Source: Marsupella aquatica
Taxonomy: Eukaryota; Plantae; Marchantiophyta
Length of the DNA stretch: 64,000 nucleotides
Reading direction: 5' to 3'
Assembly (NCBI GenBank): GCA_973895155.1
Contig: OZ316892.1
Span: forward strand, 20,647,619 to 20,711,618
The notes beneath the pieces were generated by a model, which made no database searches, was not told the DNA's origin, and was given only the letters and a program-made list of their open reading frames with translations. Positions within the stretch are counted from its first letter, which is position 1. Every line of letters starts with the position of its first letter. The position numbers and the translations under genes were made by a program. Of this stretch, positions 45,789-58,288 are shown one piece after another.

Positions 45789-48700
45789 TGTAGAGGTTAA
45801 CTCAGTCTTGGGTTGAACTATGGTTAGTATGTTAACTAGGGTTAGAGTAAACCCTATTTAAAGAGATTGGTCTTTATCTCTTCAACTTGTATGTGGTGTG
45901 AGAACACACAAGAGAGTTCTCAAGAGAGAACACAGTGATATAGCAAGATATAAGAGTTTGAAGAGATGAGAGCTATGGTGATGCTTGAGTAGACACATAA
46001 CCATTAATAAAGCTTAGTCTTCCCGTGGACGTAGCCAACCTTGAGGCGAACCACGTAACTATTGAGCACGTGTATGTTTGGAGTGTTTTTCCTGATCCGA
46101 TTTCTCCCCACAATTGGTATCAGAGCTCAGATTTTTTCAGTCGATTAGGAACTCCATAGAACTTGCTTCAAGCAAAGCGAACAGCGGATGATTTCCTCTT
46201 CGAAGCGGAGCTATTGAAAGAAGATCGGACTCAATCTTCTCACAAGTGTGGAGCACACAACCAGGGGCTCATTTCAGTGAAGCAATGAAGGCCTGAGGTC
46301 AGAAATGAAAACAATTGTAAGTGACGGTTTTCAATTTACGTTATCGGGCAAGAGATAAGGTCAATTTCTCAGATCAGTCTTTTTGATTGTTCTATCAGGA
46401 CTTGAAATTGAGATACGCTTGAGTGCCTTGTCTTTCTAGACGTTTCGATATCAACATCGTTGAATTCCGTCAAACGGTTGAGAAGCAATCTTAATTTCAA
46501 TTCTAGTTTTTTGAGCTCGAAATTTTGGCTATGGCGGATAACTTAATATCAGTCACTTTCACTGAATTGTTTCTCCCTCATTACTCTACCGTTTTGCAAG
46601 TTCTTTATATCAATCTTGATGCCCTCGAAGTCTAGTTTCTGAATCTGAAATCAGAATTGAATTTCGTCAAAAACTGGGACGGGAATTTGAGTGAATCCGC
46701 CGAGGGGTACTTTCTGCCGCGGGTAGTCGCGACTTCCACGGACGCGCGAGGAGGTCGAAAACTTCGAGGAGGCCTTTAAGGGCTCGACAAGGCTCGGGTA
46801 GGGGGAAATGCCCCCTGTGAAGTCCCCCACAGGGGCTGTACAAGGGCGGACGGAATTTCCCAAAAAGATTCTTTTCCAGAGGCTTAAATTTTTATCGAAG
46901 CTCAAAAATTCCGAGCGGCAAATAAAATCGGATCAACTTCAACTTTTGGAGAGGCGTACTTGGGGAAGCTAGGCAAGTATTGGTGCGTTCAATTCTGAAA
47001 AATTATACTAGTGGAATCTTTGGCATAAGAGATTCCCTCGAGGGGTAATTATTTCATCTTTTACCCCCCTCTGGTCGGAGTAAAAATTCTCGGCACTCGA
47101 AAGTCCATTTGACAAACCATTTTCAGAATTTGGAGCGTTACCTTGTGGGCTACACATAGGAGTGATCAGTTTCAAAATTCACCAACTTTCATTTTTGGCC
47201 TTATTTTCACACCCCACATCTGAGTATTCGACGTTTAATTCTTGTCGGAAGATGACTCCACACTATATTTGGCATTCCAGCGATGGCGACTACTAGGATT
47301 GGAGGTCAAAGGTTTGAGGTGGAAAAATTTGATGGTGGGATGGACTATACAATGTGGGAACGTAACGTGAGGGATGCACTTAGGACGATGGGCCTAGGCA
47401 AGGTACTAAGATCTCAACCCAAGGAGATGGAAGATGATGATTGGCATGATCTCCAGGATCAAGCGGTAAGTATTGTTGGCATGTACCTGAAAAACAATGT
47501 GAAGAAGCAGTTCGAGGAAAAAGCAACACAAACGGTGATGGACTTGTTTCAAGCATTGCGCAATAAGTACTACAAGAAGGAGATGTCAAACCGAATGTAT
47601 GCAAGTCTGAAACTCATGCAATTCAAAATGGCTGATGGAGTCAAGATTCAAGATCATATCGATCAGTTCAATGATCTTGTGGTTGACCTAGAGAATTTGG
47701 GGGAGCATTTGAGCGAAGAAAAGAAAGCCTTACAACTCTTGAGCTCACTATCACCTTCGTACCAATCTTTGTCTCGAGTTCTTCTATTCCGTGATAAGAC
47801 AACTATATCCTACAATGATGTGGTGAGTGCCCTGTTGACCGATGACATGCAGTCTAAGCTGATTTCTTCAGCTCATCCTACCTCAACCTCATCATCACCA
47901 GTACTGTTGGTAGAAAGAGGCAAATCAAGGGAGCCATCTCATGAAAACAAAAGGTTTAACCCACTTCCCATGGAGCGAGGAAGGTTCCACGACCGATCTT
48001 TTGGTAGGAGGAGGTTTAGATCTAGATCTAGATCTTGATCCAAATCACCATCTAGGTCTACTCGTGAGATAAAGTGTTGGAAGTGTGACAAAGTGGTCCA
48101 CATGAAGAAGGATTGTCGCATCAAAGACATATTCAAGGAAGTTGCCCAAGTAGTTGTTCGAGAAAAGGATAGTGAAGGATTTGCATTGTGTACCACTTCC
48201 CAAGTTGAGGATTGTCAATGGATCTTGGATTCCGTTTGCTCGTATCACATGTGTTATATGCGTGAACTTTTCTCATCCTACACTCCTATCAACGGATCTG
48301 TTTTGATGGGAAATAATCATTCTTGCAAAGTTTTAGGGATTGGATCCGTAAACATTCAACTACCCGATGGCAAGTACTGTACTCTATCAAATGTTAGACA
48401 TATTCCAGAAATGTGTAAGAATTTGATTTCTCTTGGCTACTTGGATGCAAAGGGTTATCAATGCAGTGCAACTGATGGGGTGTTAACAGTCACGCACGGA
48501 TCAAATGAAATTCTTATTGGCAAGAGGAAAAGAAACATCTGTCTTGGAAGACACCACCCTTCTTGTCGAAGTCAATTTGGTCACATCTCAGGAGGAAAAA
48601 ATCAATTTATGGCATGCTCGGCTTGGTCACATGAGTGAATTTTTTTTGGAAATCTTACACAAGCGACATCTCCTACCAGGATTGCAAGCATGCAAGTTGA

Positions 48701-51290
48701 GTTTTTGTGATCATTGCATTGTCGGCAAGAAAATAAGAACTCCATTTCCGACTGCCATTCATCACTCTAAAAAAAGTTATACTTGAGTATATTCATTCCG
48801 ATGTGTGGGGTCTTGCTCCGGTTTCCTCCCATTCAGGCAAACAATACTAACTATGTATCGTTTATTGATGATTACTCAAGATTTGTTTGGATTTATTTCA
48901 TTGCCCATAAGTTTGAAGTGTTTTCCATCTTCAAATAATGGGTAGCTCAAGTTGAGACACAGACTGCAAAGAATGTGAGATATCTACGATCAGATAATGG
49001 TGGTGAATACACCTCTGGCGAGTTCAACACGTATTGTGCAAATAAGGGAATTACTCACCATCTCACAACTGTGTACACTCCTGAGAAAAATGGTATTGCT
49101 GATTCAACCGCACATTGTTGGAGCGAGCAAGGAGCATGTTGAGCCACTCTAAATTGTCACAAATCTTTTGGGCGGAAGTTGTCAACATAGCTGCTTATCT
49201 AGTAAATCTCTCTCCTAGTCGGGCAATTACTTACAAAACCCCCTTTGAGCTATGGCACAATCGACCTGCTGATTATTCAAAGCTTAAGGTTTTTGGCTGT
49301 GAAGCATATGCACATGTTCCTAGCAACAATAGGACTAAGCTAGATCCTAGAGCCCAGAAATGCATTTTTCTTGGTTATCAGCGTGACATTAAAGGATATC
49401 GATTGTGGGATCCAGTTGATTGCAAGTTACTTGTTAGTCGGGATGTATCCTTCAATGAAGACAAATCATTGAAAGAGGAGGAGATAGATCAATTCCTTAC
49501 TACTAACAAAGTGCAATCTCCTCCTCTAGAGGATTTAAGAGGAGAGGATGTGTCAAATGAAGAATATGTTGACACTACTGTAAGACAAAGCACACAACAA
49601 TCAGATTAGCCAGAATCTTCAGTGCAAAGAGGAACTCGTAAATGTCAAGCCCGAGAAAGGTATGGAACTTGGCTTCCTTCTGATCATGTGGATTTGGATG
49701 AAGAATCTATTGATGCATTGGTGACAGAAGATGGAGATCCATCCTCATTTTGAGAGGTCCTAGCTTCTATGGAGAAGCAACAGTGGCAGGTGGCGATGCG
49801 CATGGAAATGAAATCACTTCATGATAACAAGACTTGGGAACTCACAAGTCTAAGCTTAAGGCCCAACTCAGTTCTGAGTTTAAGATGAAGGATTTGGGCA
49901 CAGCCAAGAGGATCCTAGGCATGGAGATTGTCAGGGATGTTAACAAAGCCAAACTTTGGCTGACACAGAAAAGATATATAGAGAAAGTACTCTCAAAATT
50001 CAACATGGCAGATGCTAAGGTTGTGAGTGTTCCTTTGGCAAGGCATTTCAATATTTTTGCAGCATTGTGTCCATCGGATGCGACAAAAAAAATTTTGATT
50101 TCCAAAATTCCTTATGAAAGTGCTGTGGATAGTTTAATGTATCTCATGGTATGCACCCAACCAGACATAGCTTATGCCGTTAGCAAGGTAAGCAGATACA
50201 TGGCAAATCCAGGAAAAGTTCATTGGGAAGCAGTGAAATGGATTTTGCGCTACATCAGAGGTTCTACTAAGAAGGGTTTATTGTTTGATGCAAGTTCAAA
50301 CAATATGAAAATGCTTCAAGGTTATGTGGATGCAGACTACGCAGGTGATTTGGATAAGAGGAGATCGACAACTGGATATGTATTTACACTTGCAGGTGGA
50401 TGCATTAGTTGGAAGTCTACTCTCCAAAAGTGTGTTGCAAAATCTACTATGGATGCCGAGTATGTAGCGGCAGCAGAAGCAGCATCAGAGACCATTTGGT
50501 TGAAAAAGCTTGTCACGGAGATGGACTTATCACAAGATTGTGTCTATCTTCATTGTGACAGTCAAAGTGCAATTTACACTGCCAAGAATCAGGTGATGGA
50601 TGGCAGGGTAAAGCACATTGATGTCCGCTATCATTTCATCCGACATGCATTATTGGATGATGAGTTTGAGCTTGTCAAGATTGATGGAAAGCTTAATCCA
50701 GCGGATGCTTTTACCAAAGTATTAGACTCCAATAGTTTTTCAAGGCATTGTAATTATTTACAAATATTGTAAATATAGAGTTAACCAAGAAAATGTCTCT
50801 ATATGAGTACTCAATCCGATGGCTTATCGACTACGGCTTAGTTCTAGTTAACCCTTGCATTAGGGGGAGGGTCTTTTGGCCCTACTGTCTTGAACTTCCC
50901 GCGGAGGAACTTGTAAGGAAAAGACAATGTTATGAACCCTCCCAAGACGTGAGTCAAGGGGGAGTTTGTAGAGGTTAACTCAGTCTTGGGTTGAACTATG
51001 GTTAGTATGTTAACTAGGGTTAGAGTAAACCCTAGTTGAAGAGATTGGTCCTTATCTCTTCAACTTGTATGTGGTGTGAGAACACACAAGAGAGATCTCA
51101 AGATAGAACACAGTGATATAGCAAGATATAAGAGTTTGAAGAGATGAGAGCTATGGTGATGCTTGAGTAGACACATAACCATTAATAAAGCTTGGTCTTC
51201 CCGTGGACGTAGCCAACCTTGAGGCGAACCACGTAACTATTGAGCACGTGTATGTTTGGAGTGTTTTTCCTGATCTGATTTCTCCCCACA
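45789..51290 (+). mobile_element. Ty1/Copia LTR retrotransposon, defective
   Basis: 324-bp LTRs at 45789-46112 and 50967-51290 (TGTA..CACA, about 7 mismatches), PBS TGGTATCAGAGC at 46115-46126 (tRNA-iMet), PPT AAGGGGGAG at 50956-50964, TSD AAGGG/GAGGG. Confidence 0.96.
47283..50772 (+). pseudogene. Copia gag-pol (gag, CCHC, protease, integrase, partial RT, RNase H)
   Basis: VEKFDG, CWKC..VHMKKDC, WILDS, LWHARLGHMS, LRSDNGGEY, GYVDADYAGD..RRSTTGY, KHIDVRYHFIR; stops, frameshifts and an RT-core deletion at ~49842. Confidence 0.93.
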
Positions 51291-53379
51291 GAGGGGGAGG
51301 GGGGGCTGAGGTCGCAGCGAGGGCAAGGTCGCTGGGGGGGAGGGGAGGTCGCGGCGAGGGGGAGGGGAGGCGAGGTCAGGCGAGGGGAGGCGAGGTCACG
51401 GCGAGGAGGAGGGGGTCGCGGCAAAGGGGAGGGGAGGTCCCGGCAAGGGGGGCTGAAGGGGCATGGCCGAGGGAGGGTTGAGGGGGCACGGCCGCGAGTC
51501 GACCGTGGTCCAGGCATTTTGGGCGGGGAGGCCGTCGCGGCAGGCACGACGGTGAGTTTGTCGGGCGCGGCGGGGTCGTCGGTGACCCTTGCTCGTTGCG
51601 CCTCAGGCCAGAGCGGCGATGGCTGCATGGCGAGCGCTCAGCAAGGGGCGTCAGTTGGGGGTCAGTCCTGACACAGGGACAGTAAAAAAGCTGCGATAGC
51701 GGATGGTAGTGGTGCGGGGCAGTGGAGGGGTAGGCTCGCGGCGCGGTAAGAACAGCATTTGGCGCAACGAGGGCACAACATAGCGCCGAGAGTAGTGAAG
51801 GGGGCCATCTATTTCCCTTTATTGCTTTCATTTTTCACCGTTTTGGTTTTTTTTACTCGCCAAATTCTAATGACGACCATGGCAAAAAAATGCACAACAT
51901 TGTATTATAGTTTTTAATATCTTCTATTTTTTTTGATATCTTCTACTTTTTGCTAGATGACAAAATAACTTGGCATGTTCCAAAATGAATATGCTATAAT
52001 TGTAATGTTTAGATATAGATATGCAGAAGTAAAGGGAAATACATACTCTTGCAGGAGTCTTGTGTGAGAGATCTTAATTCTTACATAACTTTGCAATTGA
52101 ATTGAAGAGGCACATGGCATGGCATGACGCTGTCTCACATAGCACTAAAGTACGTACTACAAGGTAATGATTGTGCACCCCAACACTGAAGTGCATTCAA
52201 CAGGGGAGGGGAGAAGTATTAATACCCACGAGTGTATTGTTCCCCCTCACTTATAACACTAATGAGCAGGTACGGGCCTCTTTATTTGAGATAATCATTT
52301 TGCATAATCTATTCCTCCTTACAGTGCCAATGAGGAGTCACACAGACTGAGCGTACTTTAATTTTAATATTTTCTTAGTGTGGCTATTCGCAAAAATAAA
52401 AAGACGCTACGTATATATTTATCAGCTAATTTACTAGATTGATCTCTGACCGTAGATCTCCCTCAATTTAAGGGTGATCATTACATCTCGGCTAGTAGGG
52501 TGCTATGGGAAAACTTGCTACGGGACAGTAGAAATCCTTGTGTGAAAGGAGAAAATCCTATGAATATATTTTTGTATCAAAGGTTTCGAAATGCATTTAT
52601 GACTGTCAGATCTCTTTGAAGGATGAGATGGCAATGGGTCGGCTAGGTGGAAATTTGCTCATAAGGATGAATACTGTAGTTAGTTTCTGCCTAATGGGGT
52701 TTGTGGATGGGTGAAAAGTTGTTTAATGGACAACAAAAAGAGAAGATACTATCAATATTTATTATCGTAGATTGACCGTAAAACCTCCCTAGATTTAAGG
52801 ATAAGGATTAGATTCTCGCTACTGGGGTCTGTGGCTTGGTGGACAACTACAGTCGTTATGGATGACGGAAAATCTTGTCAATTTTGCCAAAAGCAAAGAC
52901 TTCTGTTAGAGGGGTAGATTATCCTAAGTGAATAAAAGCGTGGTTAGATTTAAAGATGACCCCTACCTATGGGGTCTGTGTTAAGGGAAGATGGTAGCCA
53001 CAGACAAAAAGAAATTTTGGGGGTTCCATGATAGAAAAGACATTTTAACTGGAACACAGTCTATTTAACACCCACGCAGTTGTTGTGTTTGAGTTGGACA
53101 TCATGTTTGAGTCTTGATAATAAAAGGTTAAATATTGAGCACAAAAGTTACAAAATTCATGAATTTGAGCACAACACCAATATTACAACAAAAGGCAACA
53201 TTTGAACACAACACCCAATTTCAAACACAAACTCCCTGAAAATACAAAACATGAAAACAGATAGTGCAAACTCAAGTACAATGCGCAGGGCGCACTATTT
53301 GAATCAACATCCACGGCCCACTATTTGAATACAACCCCATCATTGCCCACTATTCGACACCATGGTGCTGTGGTCCGGG

Positions 53380-54570
53380 GTGACGCTAGTGGAACACTGG
53401 CTGGCTAATGAACGACAGAAAATTTGAGCCCAATGGTGGCAAATACTTTTGAGAGGGTAAAACTGGCTAATGAATGACAGAATATTTTAGTCCAAAAGCC
53501 ACAAATACTTTGTATATGGCTTAATTGAAAGTGGCTACTGCATGATACAAATCTAGTAAATTTTGCCAAAAGAGGAGAATACTTGTAGAGGGGTGCAATC
53601 CCCCTAGTGAATAAAAGCCTGGTTAGATTTAAAGGTCACCCTTAGCTCTGGGTAATGGGGTCTGTGGGTAGTGGAAAACTGGCAAATAAACATCAGAAAT
53701 TCAGCCTAAAAGTTGCAAATACTTCTTAGAGGGTTGAAATCTAACAAATGTTTGGCACTGAAGAAACGGTATTGTAAACTGGCTACTGAACTACAGAAAA
53801 TTTTAGAGGGGTGAAAAGTGACCAAAAGTGACAGATACATTCTAAAGGGGTGAAATCTAAAAATCTACGGTAATGTAAAACTGGCTACTGAACAACAGAA
53901 CATCTTAGCCCACAAAGGGGCGAATTCGTTTTAGGCGGGTGAAATCTAATGATTTTCTGGCACTTGCAAAAGGCTAGTGGAAAACTGGCTAATGAACAAC
54001 GGAACATCTTAGCCCAAAAAGGGGCGAATACTCTCTAGGGAGGCGAAATCTAATGAATTTCTGGCACAGGAGAAAGGCTAGTGAAAACTGGCTACTGAAC
54101 AACAGAAAGTCTTAGCCCAAAAAGTGGCTAATACTTTTTAGGGGGGTTGAATTGAGCAAGGCTAGTGGAAAACTGGCTACTTAACAACAGAACACCTAAG
54201 CCCAAAAAGTGGCGAATACGTTTTAGGGGGTTGAAATGAGCAAAGCTAGTGGAAAACTGGCTACTGAACAACAGAACACCCAAAAGTGGCGAATACGTTT
54301 TAGGGGGGTGAAATGAGTAAGGCTAGTGGAAAACTGGCTACTGAACAACATAACACCTTAGCCCAAAAAGTGGCGAATACGTTTTACGGGGGTGAAATGA
54401 GTAAGGCTAGTGGAAAATTGGCTACTGAACAACAGAACACCATAGGCCAAAAAGTGGCGAATACTTTTTCGGGGGGTGAAATGAGCAAGGCTAGTGGAAA
54501 ACTGGCTACTGAACAACAGAACATCTTAGCCCAAAAAGTGGCGAATACTCTTTAGAGGGGTGAAACATAA
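53380..54570. repeat. Tandem satellite with 84-bp and ~105-bp units; more diverged relics extend left to ~52400
   Basis: GCTAGTG(G)AAAACTGGCTA at 53973, 54077, 54161, 54245, 54322, 54406, 54490. Confidence 0.92.
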
Positions 54571-56855
54571 CGAAATTTTCGACACTGTCGAAGAGAAAAG
54601 GGTGCCGAGCAGTGAGGAGTGAGGAGTGAGCAGTGCTCTAAACGAAGCGGCAAGAATGGCGGCCTTCAACAAGACCAGAGCAGAGCTCCAGTCAGTGACG
54701 AGGACAGGCACGCACGGAACGCGAAGGACAAGCTTGTCCTCCCACTGATCACACTGATCACTGATGAGTGTCGTCGGTCTCAAACCGTTTCTTTTGGCGG
54801 GATCCAACCCATCTCCAGTTCTCCCCCTTCCTCAACTCCTGGAAACAATGAATGCCAGGACATGACATGATTTGCATCGCAATCGCGTCGTTTCTCGTTG
54901 CTCGAGCCCGCTGCTCAGGGCGTGGAAAAAAATTGCTCCCAGACGCTGGTTGGAAGGTTGTTTTGATCGGTGAGTCGGTTGACTGATTGACTGTCTTGTT
55001 CGTGTGGTCTTGTTCGTGTGGTTTCATTGAATTGAATTGAATTGAATTGGGACCAGTAGGTGCATTGTGCTGTTGTTGTTCACTGGTGTGCATTTTCTGG
55101 AATGCTGCATTACATAATTGGAAACACCCTGAAATCCCTCGGACACCCCAGTGGACGGATGTAAGGAGGAGCATTCGTCGTGGTCCATCTTGTTATCTAT
55201 CTGTGTGTCCGTTCATCCATCGGTGCGTGGTTTTGAATCGGTTCTTTATGTCAGCTGGTGTTGACAGTAGATAGTGAAACAATGAATACTGGGAAATGTG
55301 CATGGGTTTCTTTGCCATCCACGATGAGCAGGGCTGATGATTTTGAGCAACGCCTCTGGGTTTCATGGAGTAACTTCACTCTCTGTGTCGGCCTTCCGTC
55401 CTTCGCCTTAAGTACGGTAGCTCCCAGCTCGCGAATGACAGGCAAAGCGCACGCACCTAACTGCTAGTGTTGATGGTTTTTGTTGCTGAGGTTTATGGTT
55501 CTCGAGAATGGTGGAGCTCGGTAGTCGAACTTGGAGAACAAACAAAACAGACAAACAAACCAACTTTGTAGACAAATAGTTGTGCAGGTCTACTAGTGCA
55601 TAGACTGATGGATTGGGTCTGTATGCTCTTATATGGTTGTGCAGGGCATGGCATCCGGGTTTCAGCTTTGCACTGATACCGGAAAGCGATCTGTGGAGAA
55701 AATGCGTGTTGCTCCAGAAATGTAATGTACGAGAACTGGCTATGTGTACGGTTCATGTGAAGCTTGGAAGGACAGTTTTAGGTTGTCACACTGTCTACTG
55801 GGGAAGCATCCTGGCGATTCCGGCGTGCGGTTCTGCCAAGAAAGGGTGGCTCTGCATTGAGACCGGGGAAGAGTTTGAAGGCTTGGCGCACTATTACGGA
55901 GTTCGGGATGGACACGCGATGGTGCTCGTGGAAGGACTCTTAGCCTGAACAGAAGAGTGGCGAACTGGCATAGCCACCGGGCGCGTTGTGATCGTTGAGG
56001 GGAGGAGTCCATGGTAATATCTCTTCCTTTCCCCCCTTTTTTCATTCTGTGGGAAATTTCGCGTGTTCCATTCGGCCATTGGAGTTTACCTGGAAACTCA
56101 TCGAAATGTGCATTCCGCAATGCTGGTCAAAAGACACTTGCAGCATTAACTTGGAGGTCAGAATTCAATGGTTTCTTTGTCATATGGATCTAGTCCACAT
56201 TTCGGTGCTACGATCGTCTAATAGCAGTCTAGCTAGGGTTTGGTTCTTCGCTAAACAGGACTGTAGTAGTCAGATACTGTACGATCATTCTTGCGTTGAG
56301 ATGACCAGGGCGAGGCTCTTTTTTCCAACTCGGATATGGCAACTGGACATTCCTCTCACATTTCTCAGTCTCTCGCGGAACTCATAATTTGAAAGAAATC
56401 TAAATCCACACGGTCACAAGGGTATTGTCCATGGCTTAGAAAACACCTGCCAGGCTTTCAGGACTTGGAGGCATTGTCATCAGAGCGCAGTCTGTTTTTC
56501 AATCTTTGTCGATCAATGATTCGCCCTCAACTTCGCAGCGACAGCCCTTCTGACAACGTAACAAGCTTTCTTTTTCTACGTGAAAGGAATACAGTTGATA
56601 CTCCCATTGCCCAGACTCGAAACCCTCTCCCGTATACATGGCAGTTAGTGAACTCTTGCGGCTATGGTTGGCGTAGACTAGTCAAAGACAAGCAGCCAAG
56701 GATCTTGAAAATTGAGTAGGAACCTGACGCAATTTGAGGATTGGATAATGGTCTCATCGTTTTGCTGCGCTAGGCAGGGTGAAATTCAAACGCAATTTTT
56801 CAATTCGGTCTTTTGTGTGGACAGAGTTCTGCCTAGGCTTGCAGAAGGCGAGAAA

Positions 56856-58288
56856 ATGGCTCCAAAGATCCGGGGGGTCTCCCTCCCAATGAACAGATAT
56901 GCAAAGCCTGACCTTGGCGTTAAGACGCCGAAGAAGAAGATTTCGAAGGGCCACAAGGAACCTGACCTCAGTGCCGCGAAGCTTCAAAAGGGCGACACTG
57001 TGGACGTATGTCAATCATCAATTCACCCCTTCAATTTTTTGGCACGATTGTGTTCTATGATGTATCAGTTTGTGAATTCAGTATATACAGAATTGCTTCA
57101 GGTGTCTTGAATGTACTGTTAAGGTTTCCCTTGTGGTTGATCTACCCTTCGCTTTAAATTCTAACAATTATAGATGTCAACCATCAGAACGACAAACAAT
57201 TGAATGACGTGGAACTGTTTGATCAATTTCGTGGTCGATCTTTGCAGGTCCGATTAGAAGAGCAAGGATTGTACGGGTCCTGGCACCGGGCAGTCATCTG
57301 CGGTGTCAAGCCAGGATTGCGACAAGTCGAATTCAAGAACCTCTTTGACGACAAGGAAAAATGTGTAAAAGAGTGGGTGCGGTTTGGAAATGCGCCTCCC
57401 GGCTCCAAGCCGCCATTGGGAACTAGGAAAGAGACTGATGGCAAGCCTGTCCTTAGGCCAGGAGGGCCTGGATCTCCTCCAGCTGAGCCTTCTTTCCGGA
57501 AGACAGGAGGTTGGCCAAAGGATCTTTGGGTGGAAGTCTTCTCAGACGAGGCATGGTGGGAGGGAGTGTTGATGGAGGACATCTCAGCATCGCAGATGGA
57601 TGAGGAGGACTCGGTGGTGGATGTTGTATTCCCACATCTAGAAAATCTCATTGAACAAGTAGTTCTGAAGAACCTCAGAGAGTTGAAGGACTGGAACCAA
57701 GACACAGGGCTATGGAGTATAAGAGGACGGCTCGGGAAAGAGAATGATCTTTTGAGAACGATGCCTTCCGGGACTCTAGTGTGTCACGGGGAAGTTATCT
57801 TGGCAGACAATGGCAGAGGAGAAAGTAGACCGGATGAAGAAGACATCAACTTTGCGGAAATTGAGGACGATGGGATGGAAGGTCCAGGCGAGGAGAATGT
57901 TAAACCAGCTGCTCAAGATCATGATCTTCCCTCAACAGCGAGGGCAGTCAGTACCGTGTTGTCGAATAATCATGGGTCCAAGGATTATTTTGGGCATTTA
58001 GTTGATGTGATGGAGGAGGATACACGCCATCTTATCAGTGTCCAGACTTTGGAGTACGCTCTGGAGGAGATCCAAATTTCTGTCAAGGACTCCTTCATCA
58101 CTCTAGATGTCACTACACAAAACATCGAAACGGAAATTGGTAGCGTTGTCTCTAAAGTTCACAATGTCTGCTGCGCTTTGCTGGAGCTCCCCACTGACAG
58201 AGATATAGATTATGAGAAGGTCAGCTGGACATTGGATAATCAAGTTTTGACGATTATTGTACCTTGGTTGATTGAGGGCAAGGAGTGA
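56856..58288 (+). CDS. Tandem Agenet/Tudor + C-terminal alpha-crystallin (HSP20-like) domain protein, ~396 aa; exons 56856-57005 and 57248-58288
   Basis: A GTATGT..TTGCAG phase-0 intron joins KGDTVD|VRLEEQGLYGSWHRAVI (Agenet 1); VEVFSDEAWWEGVL (Agenet 2); LELPTDRDIDYEKVSWTLDNQVLTIIVPW (ACD-like C-terminal strands). Confidence 0.85.

Larger units (their letters stand above)
26080..52019 (-). mobile_element. Helitron (defective, helicase part missing) hosting the Gypsy and Copia insertions
   Basis: Rep fragments on both sides of the Gypsy; candidate 5' end A|TCTATATCTA at 52019; 3' end uncertain (CTAG plus degenerate hairpin near 26080-26122). Confidence 0.6.

Noticed and set aside
51182-51831. 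Pro/Arg/Gly-rich ORFs
   Set aside because: Arise from stop-poor G-rich repeats; two of them cross the Copia LTR boundary.
54313-54555. 80-aa ORF with 28-aa repeats
   Set aside because: By-product of an 84-bp satellite; neighbouring units carry TAG stops and a 7-bp deletion.
54600-56850. Several 60-140 aa ORFs upstream of the Agenet gene
   Set aside because: No motifs and overlapping on both strands; more likely 5' UTR/intron sequence.
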